Positions 18,940 through 29,661 of a stretch of 58,954 nt of DNA are shown one piece after another (positions within the stretch are counted from its first letter, which is position 1; every line of letters starts with the position of its first letter). The translations under genes were made by a program, and so were the position numbers. The notes beneath the pieces are model-generated. The model was not told the origin of the DNA. It searched no databases and saw nothing but the letters and a program-made list of their open reading frames with translations. The stretch comes from an uncultured Thermoproteales archaeon (GTDB taxonomy: Archaea; Thermoproteota; Thermoprotei; Thermofilales; B20-G17). The DNA lies in assembly GCA_964522205.1 (NCBI GenBank), contig CAZFTG010000003.1:24433-83386 (forward strand), written 5' to 3'.

Positions 18940-19859
18940 AAGGGTTTAAAAATAGGGATATTCTCACAATTTCAGATTTCAACATAGAGGAACTAGAACT
19001 ATTATTTAATGAAGCTATGAAAATGGAAAAATATTCGAAGGATTTTCTAGAGACGTTAAGAGGGAAAATAATAGCACTAGCCTTTTTCGAGCCAAGCACC
19101 AGAACTATGTTCAGTTTCCAAACAGCTGTCCATAGGTTAGGAGGTAGTACCCTAGTACTGTCAGATGTACAGAGGACTTCTATAGCTAAAGGTGAAAACC
19201 TAGGTGATACTATTAGAATGCTGGACTCGTACTCTAATGCTATTGTGATCAGACACAGCTTGGAAGGTGCTGCGACCTATGCTGCTGAAATAGCAGAGGT
19301 TCCTGTTATAAATGCTGGAGATGGTGCCCACAGACATCCCACACAGGCTATGGTGGATTTATATACTATATGGAGGGAGAGAGGGAATCCTCAAGGACTC
19401 ACCGTAGGGGTACTTGGTGATCTTAAGTATGGCAGAGCAGCTACTTCCTTTATCCTAGGTATTATGAAGTATAGACCACGAAAACTTTACCTAATATCCC
19501 CTCCAGAGCTGAGGATTAAAAGTGAGATTAAGAGGATCTTGAGTAGATCCAATGTGAATGTTATAGAGGTTCAGAATATAGAAGAAGTGATCAGCGAATT
19601 AGATGTACTCTATGTTACTAGAATTCAACGGGAGAGATTCCCAGATCCAGCTGAGTACGAAAGGGTAAAGGGGACTTATCGCATAACTACAAAACTGCTA
19701 GAAGAGGCTAAAGAAGACCTCATGATACTACACCCTCTGCCTAGAGTTGATGAAATCGCACCAGAAGTGGATAGTACTAGATATGCATACTACTTCAAGC
19801 AAGCTAGATATGGCATTCCTGTAAGAATGGCATTACTAAAATTAATACTGGGTGATTGA
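18936..19859 (+). CDS. pyrB: Aspartate carbamoyltransferase catalytic subunit
   Basis: [33 protein letters not shown]. Confidence 0.97.
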   Translation: MKGFKNRDILTISDFNIEELELLFNEAMKMEKYSKDFLETLRGKIIALAFFEPSTRTMFSFQTAVHRLGGSTLVLSDVQRTSIAKGENLGDTIRMLDSYSNAIVIRHSLEGAATYAAEIAEVPVINAGDGAHRHPTQAMVDLYTIWRERGNPQGLTVGVLGDLKYGRAATSFILGIMKYRPRKLYLISPPELRIKSEIKRILSRSNVNVIEVQNIEEVISELDVLYVTRIQRERFPDPAEYERVKGTYRITTKLLEEAKEDLMILHPLPRVDEIAPEVDSTRYAYYFKQARYGIPVRMALLKLILGD

Positions 19860-20330
19860 ATGAGTAGAGAACTAATAGTAAGAAAAATTAAGCATGGTAC
19901 AGTAATTGATCATATCCCAGCAGGAAATGCTCTCAACGTATTAAGGATTCTAGGGATAAGAGGAGATGAGGGATTTCGAATAGCCGTAGTTATGAATGTA
20001 GAGAGCAGAAAATTGGGTAGGAAAGATATAGTCAAAATAGAGGGGAGAGAGCTGGTCTCAGAAGAGGTTAGTATTATAGCTCTGATAGCCCCAACAGCTA
20101 CGATAAACATCATCAGGAACTATGAGGTAGTACACAAGGAGAGAGTGAAGCTACCAGATACTATCGAAGGTATAGTGAGATGTTCAAATCCAAATTGCAT
20201 AACTAATCAACCTAGAGAAAGTGCTAGACCTAAGTTTAGAGTAGTATCGCGAGATCCCCTACTCCTCCAATGCACCTACTGTGAAAGGTATACTACGAAG
20301 GAGGATATACTAAAGCAGTTCCGTAGATAA
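19860..20330 (+). CDS. pyrI: Aspartate carbamoyltransferase regulatory subunit
   Basis: [26 protein letters not shown]...CTYCE zinc site. Confidence 0.96.
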   Translation: MSRELIVRKIKHGTVIDHIPAGNALNVLRILGIRGDEGFRIAVVMNVESRKLGRKDIVKIEGRELVSEEVSIIALIAPTATINIIRNYEVVHKERVKLPDTIEGIVRCSNPNCITNQPRESARPKFRVVSRDPLLLQCTYCERYTTKEDILKQFRR

Positions 20331-20333
20331 GCA

Positions 20334-21608
20334 ATGGACGAGATTGTCCTCATAGAAGGGCTAGCCTATATAAGTGGACTACTTGAAAGGGTACAAATTC
20401 TGATAGAAGGACAGCGTATTGTAGAGATAGGTAAGAGTATACCACGTTATGTGGCTGACAAAGTATTTGACTTTCACGAAAAGGGACTTATAATCTTACC
20501 TGGAATGATAGACGTTCATGTACATATGAGGGACTTTAGACTATCCTACAAGGAGGATTTCTACACAGGAACTGTAGCAGCTGCCGCCGGTGGAGTTACG
20601 ATAATAGTTGACATGCCTAACACCCTACCTAATGTGAATAACCTCGAGATACTAAAGCTGAGAGACTGGTTAGCATCTACAAGGGCTATTGTAGACTATG
20701 GACTCTACTATGGCGTTCCAGAGAGAGCTGACGAACTACAAGGATATGAAGAAGTAGCAATAGGTATGAAGGTATATCCAGAGGACCTTCGTAAAGAATG
20801 TCTTTCAAAGGTGTTCGAATATAACAGTCAAAGGAAGATCCTTACAATATTCCATGCAGAAGACCCTAGCTATAAAGGAAAAGAACATACTCCAATCTCA
20901 GAGCTCAGAGCAGTAACTCAAGTACTAAAGCTAACTAGTAAGATGAACTTGAAATCGCATATAACTCATGTAACACTGCCCCAAAGCATAGATATGATAA
21001 GGGTAAAGATACCTGAGGTAACTGTGGATACATGTCCCCATTACGTTCTACTTTCCGAAAAATATAGGAGTTCAAGATACTATAGGGTAAACCCTCCACT
21101 GAGAGCTGAGAGTTGCAGAAGAGAACTACTAAAATACCTCATAGATGGTAAAATAGACATACTCAGTACGGATCACGCTCCGCATACTCTAGAGGAGAAA
21201 TTAGAACTTGAAAGACCGGGATTTCCTGGACTTGAGACAGCACTACCACTAATGTTAACACTAGTAGCTAAAGACATAATAGGGCTAGATAGAGTAGTGG
21301 AGTTGTACTCCATGAGACCTGCCAGATTACTAGGATTGAGTAATATCACAGGGAAAATAGCCAAGGGATACTACGCTAACCTAGCGGTAGTGGATTTGAA
21401 AAGGGAATGGAGAGTAGATCCTCAGAACTTCCTAAGTAGAGCTAAGCACTCACCCTTTGAGAACTGGAAAATTAGAGGAAAAGTATATGCTACCTTTGTC
21501 AGAGGGGTTATGGTTTATGAGAACGGTGATATAACTACACGCTGGGGATACGGCATGAATATAAAAACTTATAAGCCTTCTCCATCACTTCCTTCTTCAA
21601 ATCAGTGA
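20334..21608 (+). CDS. pyrC: Dihydroorotase
   Basis: PGMIDVHVHMR, AAAGG, DMPNT, VNPPLR, TDHAPH; operon context. Confidence 0.92.
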   Translation: MDEIVLIEGLAYISGLLERVQILIEGQRIVEIGKSIPRYVADKVFDFHEKGLIILPGMIDVHVHMRDFRLSYKEDFYTGTVAAAAGGVTIIVDMPNTLPNVNNLEILKLRDWLASTRAIVDYGLYYGVPERADELQGYEEVAIGMKVYPEDLRKECLSKVFEYNSQRKILTIFHAEDPSYKGKEHTPISELRAVTQVLKLTSKMNLKSHITHVTLPQSIDMIRVKIPEVTVDTCPHYVLLSEKYRSSRYYRVNPPLRAESCRRELLKYLIDGKIDILSTDHAPHTLEEKLELERPGFPGLETALPLMLTLVAKDIIGLDRVVELYSMRPARLLGLSNITGKIAKGYYANLAVVDLKREWRVDPQNFLSRAKHSPFENWKIRGKVYATFVRGVMVYENGDITTRWGYGMNIKTYKPSPSLPSSNQ

Positions 21609-21787
21609 GATTTTTCTCTATGTTCTTTTTATAATCTATCCTGAAGGAGTATTGTAGCTATAATTATTGTCGACCAGTAGTGTAGTCTGTTGTCTCTGAG
21701 ATCTACTAGTCGGATTAATTAAAATAGCTAAGTCGATCTAGGTAGTTACTTAAGGAGTGAAAAACTTCAGTCGGTTAGTTCATTCGA

Positions 21788-23131
21788 TTAAACTATTTCA
21801 GGAGACAGGCCTAAGATCTCACATAATTCCTCTAGATCTGAGGAATAATCTCCATAGACCAATGAAAAGTGATGACCATAGTTAGCAACTCTCTTCATAA
21901 GCCTTCTAGCATTCTTTACTCTTATTTCAAGAGTTTGTCTACAGGCTATTCCCTCATAAGATTCAACTACAGTTCCTGTGGATACCAGTATCTTGTTTAA
22001 ACTAGCATGAACTCTAGCAAATGTAACTGGTTTATTTAGCTCTACATGAACGTAAAAAGAGGCCCCATATTTCTGATCGTGGAAATCAAAGATTTCATAG
22101 GGCAATTTCTCTTCTTTAAATCCCTTAACTTTGAGTGGAGGAACATCATGAGAGAATCTAACTAGGTTTCTCTCCTCATCATGTAACCATAGGTTACCCA
22201 TGAACGTAGGCTTATCGGTTAACCACATTAATATCATCATGGCTAATAATGCACTTAAGTCAGCTTCGCATGAAGCAGGCACTCCTTCATCTTTAAGTAA
22301 TGAGAAAGCTAGGCATGGAGTTACTTTATATTTAAAGAATATGGATTCTGCACAGTTGATAGTAACAGTATTTGCTCTATACTTTTCCATCATTCGTTTT
22401 ATTGCAATATATAGTTGAACTGCTCTTTCAACATCAGTTCTATCCACTTTAACACTTAAAGCACCATCCATAAGTTTACTTGCAAGACTCCTCACTTCAT
22501 TGCTTGATCCTATGGTTTTATATACATTAAATAATTGTTCACTAGGTACTAATGTACTTTCGATTCCAAACTTAGTCTTCATTTTATCTAGGTCGTAAGC
22601 GCTACTAATAGCGGAGAACGATGGAAGTTCCATAGAGGAAACTATGAGAATTTGAGAACTCCTTATAGCTTTTCTTACCTTAAGATATCTAATCAATTTG
22701 TTGAGATCTCTATAGTCAAATGGTGCATAGGCCTCGCTTCCTCTATGTCTCAAGTAGGCTACAATATCGTGATTTAAAACCCCAGAGCCGAGCATGATAA
22801 ATGGGACTCCAAGGAGACCTACTGATGCTATTAACCTATGTGCCATTCCACCTACTCTCCAAACTATCACCGCATCTACATCTCTCGTTAATTCCTTTTT
22901 TAAGTCCTCGATCCCCTCAGGACTAGTTAAGATAAAAGGCTCTAATACTACTACATCTCCACTGATGTTAGCTTGGAATTCTTTGAGTATTTTCTCGGCT
23001 CTTCTTTTTACCTCATCGAGAGTTGGTAATCTTCTGAAGAAGGCCTCTTCAAATGATACGAATACGGGCTTTAAGTTAATCTTCATGGTCATCCTATAGG
23101 AGGAGAGGGTTATTAATTTAAGCATTACCAT
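21788..23131 (-). CDS. L-fucose/L-arabinose isomerase-like protein
   Basis: PCLAFSLLKDEGVPASCEADL, FSHD, PVTFAR, CRQTLEI, YGHHFSLVYGD. True start may be a downstream ATG near 23092. Confidence 0.75.
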   Translation of the reverse strand: MVMLKLITLSSYRMTMKINLKPVFVSFEEAFFRRLPTLDEVKRRAEKILKEFQANISGDVVVLEPFILTSPEGIEDLKKELTRDVDAVIVWRVGGMAHRLIASVGLLGVPFIMLGSGVLNHDIVAYLRHRGSEAYAPFDYRDLNKLIRYLKVRKAIRSSQILIVSSMELPSFSAISSAYDLDKMKTKFGIESTLVPSEQLFNVYKTIGSSNEVRSLASKLMDGALSVKVDRTDVERAVQLYIAIKRMMEKYRANTVTINCAESIFFKYKVTPCLAFSLLKDEGVPASCEADLSALLAMMILMWLTDKPTFMGNLWLHDEERNLVRFSHDVPPLKVKGFKEEKLPYEIFDFHDQKYGASFYVHVELNKPVTFARVHASLNKILVSTGTVVESYEGIACRQTLEIRVKNARRLMKRVANYGHHFSLVYGDYSSDLEELCEILGLSPEIV

Positions 23132-23382
23132 ATCTTCACTATAGCTTATGCGAATCTATTTAATCCGGTAGTTCGAGATTCTCAGTCCAGTCCATATGAC
23201 AAACTAAGATAAACATATCCTCTTAAGTTACCAAGTGCATTAGAAATGATAATCAAGTAATTTCATCTAATCGTTCATTTTCCAAAATACATGTTAATTC
23301 ATATGAAAGAGCGAGTCTTAGATCAAGAAGGGGTTTCTACGATTATAGAAAAAACTATTAGCATCTATGAAGGTCTATCATT

Positions 23383-24300
23383 GTGAGTACTGTAGACCTC
23401 ACTGTAGAGGTAGCTAGTATAAAACTCTCAAATCCACTACTACTAGCCTCGGGCATTCTGGGGAACACGGCGGGACTTATACTGAGACTATTCAGGGAGG
23501 GAAATGTAGGAGGGGTAATTACTAAGAGTTTCACTAAAGAACCTAGAGAAGGATATGCAACTCCAGTAATAGCCTATACCAAGTCCGGGTTAGTAAATGC
23601 AATGGGACTGCCTAATCCAGGTATAGAGGGTATGGTGGAGCTTCTCAGATCTCTAAGAGGTTTGGATAGACCCGTAATAGTGAGTATAGCAGGCTCAGAT
23701 GAGAGAGATTTCTGCGAACTTGCACAACTTGCAGAGGAACACGGAGCTAGTGCTGTAGAGCTTAACCTAAGCTGTCCACATGTGGCTAAGAGAGGATTAG
23801 AGATAGGACAGGATCCCCAATACGTGAGCAAGATTGTCAACTCTGTTAAGTCTACTCTAAATATTCCTGTTTTAGTCAAGATAGGGCTCTCGGATAGACT
23901 TGTTGAAATAGCCAAAGCTATAGAGAAGAGTGGTGCTGATGCTATCTCCGCTATTAATACTATTAGGGCTGTAGTCATAGATGTCTACGCGAAGAGACCT
24001 GTCCTCTCTAATGTATATGGTGGATTAAGTGGTCCAGCTATCCATCCCATAGCCGTTAGAGTAGTATATGATCTATACAGAACAGTATCCATACCGATAA
24101 TAGGTATAGGTGGTGTCATGGATTGGAAGGATGCCATAGAACTCATACTGGCTGGGGCAACTGCAATAGGCGTTGGGACGGCTATAGCACTGAAGGGTAT
24201 AGAGGTATCCAGAGAAATACTAAGAGGAATGGAGGAGTACCTAAAGGAAGAAGGATTCAAGAGCATTAGAGAGGTCATAGGATATGCTCATAAAGCATGA
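23383..24300 (+). CDS. pyrD: Dihydroorotate dehydrogenase (class 1)
   Basis: NPLLLASG, NAMGLPNPG, ELNLSCPH, INT, GGLSGPAIHP, GIGG. Confidence 0.96.
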   Translation: MSTVDLTVEVASIKLSNPLLLASGILGNTAGLILRLFREGNVGGVITKSFTKEPREGYATPVIAYTKSGLVNAMGLPNPGIEGMVELLRSLRGLDRPVIVSIAGSDERDFCELAQLAEEHGASAVELNLSCPHVAKRGLEIGQDPQYVSKIVNSVKSTLNIPVLVKIGLSDRLVEIAKAIEKSGADAISAINTIRAVVIDVYAKRPVLSNVYGGLSGPAIHPIAVRVVYDLYRTVSIPIIGIGGVMDWKDAIELILAGATAIGVGTAIALKGIEVSREILRGMEEYLKEEGFKSIREVIGYAHKA

Positions 24301-24383
24301 TCACTATTTTCCTCATTCTCAAATCCTCTGAGGCAAGTTTACGGTTATAACCTCAAAACTGAGAAGTACGTGAGTGGGCATGT

Positions 24384-25913
24384 TTAAAACGCTATCTTTC
24401 TCACTATTCTAGCTATTTGTAGATACTTCTTGTAGATATTCTCATACTGTTTACTGAGCCTCTCTCGAGGTTCGTATGTTTCAACAATCCTACACATAGA
24501 GTTAACAGCTTCTCTAGCGCTACTGTACATTCCTATACCTAAGAAGGCAAGTATTCCTGCACCTACAGATGTTGTCTCCATCCTAGCACTCGGCACAGTT
24601 ATCCTTAACCCTGTAACATCAGCCTTTAACTGTAGCCAGTATAGAGATTTAGCTCCTCCTCCTATAGCTCTAACCTCATCTATTCTGATACCATAGCCTT
24701 TCATGACCTCTATATTTGCTCTTAGCTCAAATGCCAAACTCTCCAGTATGGACTTTATCATCTCCTTCTTTCCATGAGCCAGCGTGAGTCCTATAAAACA
24801 TCCTCTTACATCTCTATTCCACTCCGGAGTACCACTACCCTCTAGGTAGGGGTAGAAGAAGAGTCCTAGAGCTCCTGGGGGCACTGTACTAGCCTCTTCT
24901 ACCATAATATCATAAACGCTTTTTCCTTTAGTTTCAGCAATACGCTTTTCCTCAAGTGCAAAATTATCTCTATACCATCTGAGAGCTGCACCACCTGTGG
25001 GAGTAAAACCAAATAGGAAATACTTATTCCTAAGGGTATAAGGGTGAAGGGCATAGCCCTGTTTCCTCATCTCATCTTTAAGGACCAACTCATCTTCCAC
25101 TACACCATAGCATTCTACAGTTCCAGTAGCATCCATTAATACTCCTTCTTCCAGTAATCCAGAACCCAATGCTCCTAGAGGTTGATCGTGACCTCCTGTA
25201 ACTACTAGAGTTCCCCTGTTTAAACCTACTTCACGAGCTCCCTTTTCACTCACTTCTCCTATGAGGGTTCCTGAGGGGGCTACTTCTGGTAGTAGATCTT
25301 CGCTCAGATCAGCTAGCTCTAGAATAATGCGAGACCACTTTTTACTCCTTATATCTAATAGCATAGTTCTACTGGCTATAGTGTAATCTGTCACACACTC
25401 GCCAGTAAGCTTGTAGTTAAAGTATTCCTCCCAGCACAGGAACTTCCATGTTTTGGAATATATCTCTGGTTTGTTCTCTCTAATCCATAATATTTTATGT
25501 AATGTATATATTGGAATTTTAGGAGAGAGAGGTTGTCCTGTTATCCTGAACATCTCCTCTGGAGATATGAGCTCCATCCATTCTTCGACCTGTCTAACAG
25601 CTCTAGCATCAAATGTCGTCATGCTCCAATAGAGAGGTTTTCCTTCTCGATCTACTGGTACGAAGGCCTCTCCTAGGACTGCTGTACTGATAGCCTCTAT
25701 TTCCTTAGGCTCTATAGAAGCCCTTTTAATACAGCATCTTATAGTCTCCTTTATAGCAGTCCAAACTTCTTCTGGATTTAGTTCCGAGAGATGGGGTTCT
25801 CTGTGGTACAGTTTATACTCGTGGTACCATGTCGAGTGTATGTGTCCATTTTCATCAATTACTGTCGCTTTTACACCAGTTGTCCCTATATCAACTCCCA
25901 TTACAAAGACCAT
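24384..25913 (-). CDS. FGGY-family carbohydrate kinase (xylulokinase-like)
   Basis: GVDIGTTGVKA, DYTIASRTML, GGHDQ, ATGT, PYLEG, GGGAKS. Confidence 0.92.
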   Translation of the reverse strand: MVFVMGVDIGTTGVKATVIDENGHIHSTWYHEYKLYHREPHLSELNPEEVWTAIKETIRCCIKRASIEPKEIEAISTAVLGEAFVPVDREGKPLYWSMTTFDARAVRQVEEWMELISPEEMFRITGQPLSPKIPIYTLHKILWIRENKPEIYSKTWKFLCWEEYFNYKLTGECVTDYTIASRTMLLDIRSKKWSRIILELADLSEDLLPEVAPSGTLIGEVSEKGAREVGLNRGTLVVTGGHDQPLGALGSGLLEEGVLMDATGTVECYGVVEDELVLKDEMRKQGYALHPYTLRNKYFLFGFTPTGGAALRWYRDNFALEEKRIAETKGKSVYDIMVEEASTVPPGALGLFFYPYLEGSGTPEWNRDVRGCFIGLTLAHGKKEMIKSILESLAFELRANIEVMKGYGIRIDEVRAIGGGAKSLYWLQLKADVTGLRITVPSARMETTSVGAGILAFLGIGMYSSAREAVNSMCRIVETYEPRERLSKQYENIYKKYLQIARIVRKIAF

Positions 25914-25972
25914 TTTACTCCCTTTATGGTAACATTTTACTCTATATTAATACCTAATAGCCCTCTCAGTTT

Positions 25973-26461
25973 TTAATCGAGAATATGTTTACAAGTTAGA
26001 CTATTAGTTATTATTAGAAATAGTATTACTAACAACAGTACTAAATCTACTCTAATAGCTTCTATAAAATAGGAATAGGGACTTAATCGAAGTAAGTTGA
26101 TTATGATAGAATCCAGAAGCCAGCTAAACTGATAGCCGTGGTCTATGAGAGGGAATAAAATCTTTACTGGAATACCCCCCGTGCTTAGATCCATAATTAT
26201 GTGGATTAGGGGAAGTATTGATAAGGATAATCTTTGATATACTCTATATCCGTGTTTTTTAGAGATCAGATCTATAATTACGATTAAGGGGATTAATATA
26301 ACGAAAGAGTGGAGGAGTCCTCTATGCAGTGAAGGGAAGAAGACATCGATATCTGGGAATGTGGATAGAATGACTGCTACTAGGAAGTCTCTACCTCTCC
26401 TTCTCTTCCAAGTAAGGGGTGTTATCATGCCAATCAAGCAATGGGCAAAGAAATCGGGCAA
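25973..26461 (-). CDS. YdjM-like membrane metal-dependent hydrolase
   Basis: H near the N-terminus, FPDID, HRGLLHS, HIIMD; TM helices; GGTGG RBS before TTG. Confidence 0.8.
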   Translation of the reverse strand: MPDFFAHCLIGMITPLTWKRRRGRDFLVAVILSTFPDIDVFFPSLHRGLLHSFVILIPLIVIIDLISKKHGYRVYQRLSLSILPLIHIIMDLSTGGIPVKILFPLIDHGYQFSWLLDSIIINLLRLSPYSYFIEAIRVDLVLLLVILFLIITNSLTCKHILD

Positions 26462-26565
26462 TATCCACCACCTGTACTTTTAATCTTAGGTATCAAAAAT
26501 CTATTTCTAATACATGGTATTTTATAGCAGAGGACATCAACATAGTCTTAATCTCATTCAGGGGT

Positions 26566-27429
26566 TCAGTGATCTCTAGCCAGCTTAGGTTGTCTATCTT
26601 TTACTATGTATGGCATTTTAGCCCTGAAGATTACAAGCTTTATATCAGTATTCATCAAGTAGGTAAATGCTAGTCTTCTCCCCAATTCTGTGAGTATGAA
26701 TACTGGTATAGATACACCTAACTGGAGTATGGCTTTAGGTCCTATTCGTTCTCTTATCAGTCTGGATGCACTAGAACATACTATATCTGCTTTCTCTAAG
26801 TGTACTAGATCTTCCTCCTTAACAAGAGTGTTACAGGTCGAGAATATGGCGATCTCGACCTTCTTGTACCTCTGTTGTATATTCCTAATCTTAGTTATAT
26901 CTCTAGCATTACATCCTATCACGGTTACAGCTATTCTCTTAAATCCCATAGATATAGCTCTCCTAACACCAAGAGGTTGATCTACTAAAGCTCTGTCTGG
27001 ATTTAGAATTTCACCTCCGTTGCTCTTTATGTAATCTACAATCTCTTTGATAGGTGATGTCTTCAGTATGCCAGTAAGTCTAGCTCCTATGCCTTGTACT
27101 AGATCTGAGTTCCAAGAGATCACTGTTCCAGCACCTTCACATACTGTTACTGCACAGTCCAACAACCCTCTTCTCATACAGGTACTAATAATCTCTGAGC
27201 TTCCAAATGGGACTACTACTTTAGTCTCAAAACATCTATGAGGGCTACAGAGACCATACTTCTCCATTTTAAGCCTCATTATACGCTCTACAGCATGCTT
27301 ATCTATACTCTTTATCTCATAGACAGACTCGACATATGGGCAGTAGCAAACAGCTGGCTTAGTAAGTACTTCTATTCTACCATCACAGATCCTTACTCTA
27401 GCCCCTCTACATAGAAACTCATGCTCCAT
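26566..27429 (-). CDS. DUF2099-like protein (methanogenesis marker 8 family)
   Basis: CYCP, FGSSE, DCAVTVCEGAGTV, VQGIGARLTG, DIVCSSAS. Confidence 0.8.
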   Translation of the reverse strand: MEHEFLCRGARVRICDGRIEVLTKPAVCYCPYVESVYEIKSIDKHAVERIMRLKMEKYGLCSPHRCFETKVVVPFGSSEIISTCMRRGLLDCAVTVCEGAGTVISWNSDLVQGIGARLTGILKTSPIKEIVDYIKSNGGEILNPDRALVDQPLGVRRAISMGFKRIAVTVIGCNARDITKIRNIQQRYKKVEIAIFSTCNTLVKEEDLVHLEKADIVCSSASRLIRERIGPKAILQLGVSIPVFILTELGRRLAFTYLMNTDIKLVIFRAKMPYIVKDRQPKLARDH

Positions 27430-27656
27430 AGTTCTGTTCCTAGTTTACTGTATAGGTTAAATCTGTTATGGTTATTGATATTGATAAGTTCATGTCAATA
27501 TCAAGTATGAGGTTATGAAGAAAATATCGATCTCAAGGTACTCTACTCATCACATTTTATTGATTCTCATAGTACTCTAAAAAGTGTAGGGTTACTATAG
27601 AGATCTCAGTTTTGTTTACAAGAAAAAGTGCAAAAATTCTATTTAAGGAAGGAACT

Positions 27657-28427
27657 TTAATATATCTTCAGGTAGTCTAGATCAAGATAGCTCCTTTTTC
27701 TATTTTCTTGTGTCACATGCCTATAGACTCTTCCAGGATCATTCCTTCTGATTTCAAAGACAGCATTATCTATCCATACATCGGCTCTAGCCTTAGGAGG
27801 AGTATACCTTTCATACGGTATCTCTGCTATTTCGACTTGGTCTATGTAAAATTTCACTCTATCCTCTCTCCACTTCACCTTATATACATGCCACTCTCTA
27901 AGCTTCAAACCTGGCATCTTCGGTCTTGTTGATAGAATATCTATCCCTATGAGCTTAGGAGATATTTTAGATAACATATAAGCTAGTGTAAAGGCTCTTG
28001 GTTTTTCGAAGAGAACTATAGGTTGCACTTTTGTACCTACTTGAACAAAGAATCCTTGAAGAGGATAAGTTCCTCTGCTCCTCAGATATATGAACCATAT
28101 TGGTATGCAGTAGTCTAGTATCATACTATGGTTCCAGAAACCCCAACCTGCACTTCCGTAGTGATCTCCTTCTAATCTTGCCTTAACCTCTAGAGTTTTG
28201 AAGCTCCAGGGTAGGTCATCAAAGAACCCATCGGATATTTCAGCGTTGGAGTAGTACAATGCTTCAGTCGGTCCCATGAACATCCTAAGTACACCCTTTT
28301 CAAGTTCAAATCCAGCATAATTATCTACTCTCCAATCCCAGTATGGCGACTTTTCTTCGAAATTATCGTAAAATATTCCTTCTTTTACTGCCTTCTTCCT
28401 TAGAGATCTTCTCTCAGCTTCTCCCAT
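27657..28427 (-). CDS. Concanavalin-A/GH16-like beta-jelly-roll protein
   Basis: YDNFE, LEVKARL, GWGFWN, WHVYKVKWREDRVKFYIDQ, WIDN. Confidence 0.65.
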   Translation of the reverse strand: MGEAERRSLRKKAVKEGIFYDNFEEKSPYWDWRVDNYAGFELEKGVLRMFMGPTEALYYSNAEISDGFFDDLPWSFKTLEVKARLEGDHYGSAGWGFWNHSMILDYCIPIWFIYLRSRGTYPLQGFFVQVGTKVQPIVLFEKPRAFTLAYMLSKISPKLIGIDILSTRPKMPGLKLREWHVYKVKWREDRVKFYIDQVEIAEIPYERYTPPKARADVWIDNAVFEIRRNDPGRVYRHVTQENRKRSYLDLDYLKIY

Positions 28428-28539
28428 AGAACCCCTTATATTATGCCTTTAAATATCTTCTAAATGTTTCTACACGTCAATATCATCAGATTAGAGGTAG
28501 CTTAACAACCTAGTATTTCAATTTAATAATGGTAAGGAT

Positions 28540-29661
28540 TCATAGGATTCTATCCATTTTCGTAATGTATTCGAACCCTCTCTTCTTCACTAATATCAGA
28601 TCTTCTATTCTCACTCCTCCTACACCTTTAATATAAACTCCAGGCTCTATGGTAATTACCATGTTCTCTTTTAGGACTGTATTTTCGTCCGCCATAGATA
28701 TCCTAGGATACTCGTGAACCTCTAGACCAACACCATGACCTAGACTATGATTAAAGAATTTCAATAACCCCTCTTTCTTCAGTACTTCTCTAGCCTTCCT
28801 ATCCACCTCAGCGACCCTAACTCCATCCTCTACTAGATCTAGTGCTTCATCATGTGATCTAAGCACTGCTTCTATCAGCCGCCTTTTCTCTCTATTCATG
28901 CTATGGTAGAGGAGAGTTCTAGTCTCATCTGAACAGTAATAATTATACCTAGCGCCAATATCGATGACCACGAGATCTCCAATTTTTAATCTCCTACCTC
29001 TGGTGGGATGAGCATGGGGATATGCGCTATATTCTCCAAAGGCTATTATAGGCTCGAATGCCAGTTGTCCACCTCTTTTCCTTATAGCATAGGTTATCTC
29101 TGCCAGAATGTCGTGATCCTGAACACCCTCTTCTAGCATTGGTATGGTTTTAGAGAGAGCTTCTTCACATATCGATGCTGCTTTTCGTATCATATCTAGT
29201 TCAATTTCACTCTTTATAGCTCTCATCTCGCTAAGGTATCCATCAATGTCTTTCACTCTCTCACTAGTTAGTGAGCCCGTTAGTACATCATACAGTCTTT
29301 TAGATATGGTTTTTGATAGTGCAAGCGCACCTCTTTTAAGGTATTCACTAATGATATCCTTTAGTACTTCATCAAATTTCTTGAAAAGTACTTTTTCATC
29401 TTCTACTGTAGGAGACTTTACGTCTGAGTAAGCTAATACTTCTACTTTAGTAAGTTCTAGAGCCCTGTAGTACTCTAATCTCGGTACTATGAGTATAGGT
29501 TCGTCGGAGATAGGAACTACTAGTGTCCCTCCTTCAAAGCCCGTTAAGTAAAGTACATCACCACTCCTAGTTATCACAGCTACATCTATATTATCCAGAT
29601 TCATCCTTTCTTTGAGTCTTTTTATTCTATCCCTATAGTTTAGGTTGGACAAGGTACTCAC
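28540..29661 (-). CDS. M24 Xaa-Pro aminopeptidase/prolidase
   Basis: IDIGA, CSDETRT, FNHSLGHGVGLEVHE, TIEPG, GVRIED. Confidence 0.95.
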   Translation of the reverse strand: MSTLSNLNYRDRIKRLKERMNLDNIDVAVITRSGDVLYLTGFEGGTLVVPISDEPILIVPRLEYYRALELTKVEVLAYSDVKSPTVEDEKVLFKKFDEVLKDIISEYLKRGALALSKTISKRLYDVLTGSLTSERVKDIDGYLSEMRAIKSEIELDMIRKAASICEEALSKTIPMLEEGVQDHDILAEITYAIRKRGGQLAFEPIIAFGEYSAYPHAHPTRGRRLKIGDLVVIDIGARYNYYCSDETRTLLYHSMNREKRRLIEAVLRSHDEALDLVEDGVRVAEVDRKAREVLKKEGLLKFFNHSLGHGVGLEVHEYPRISMADENTVLKENMVITIEPGVYIKGVGGVRIEDLILVKKRGFEYITKMDRIL

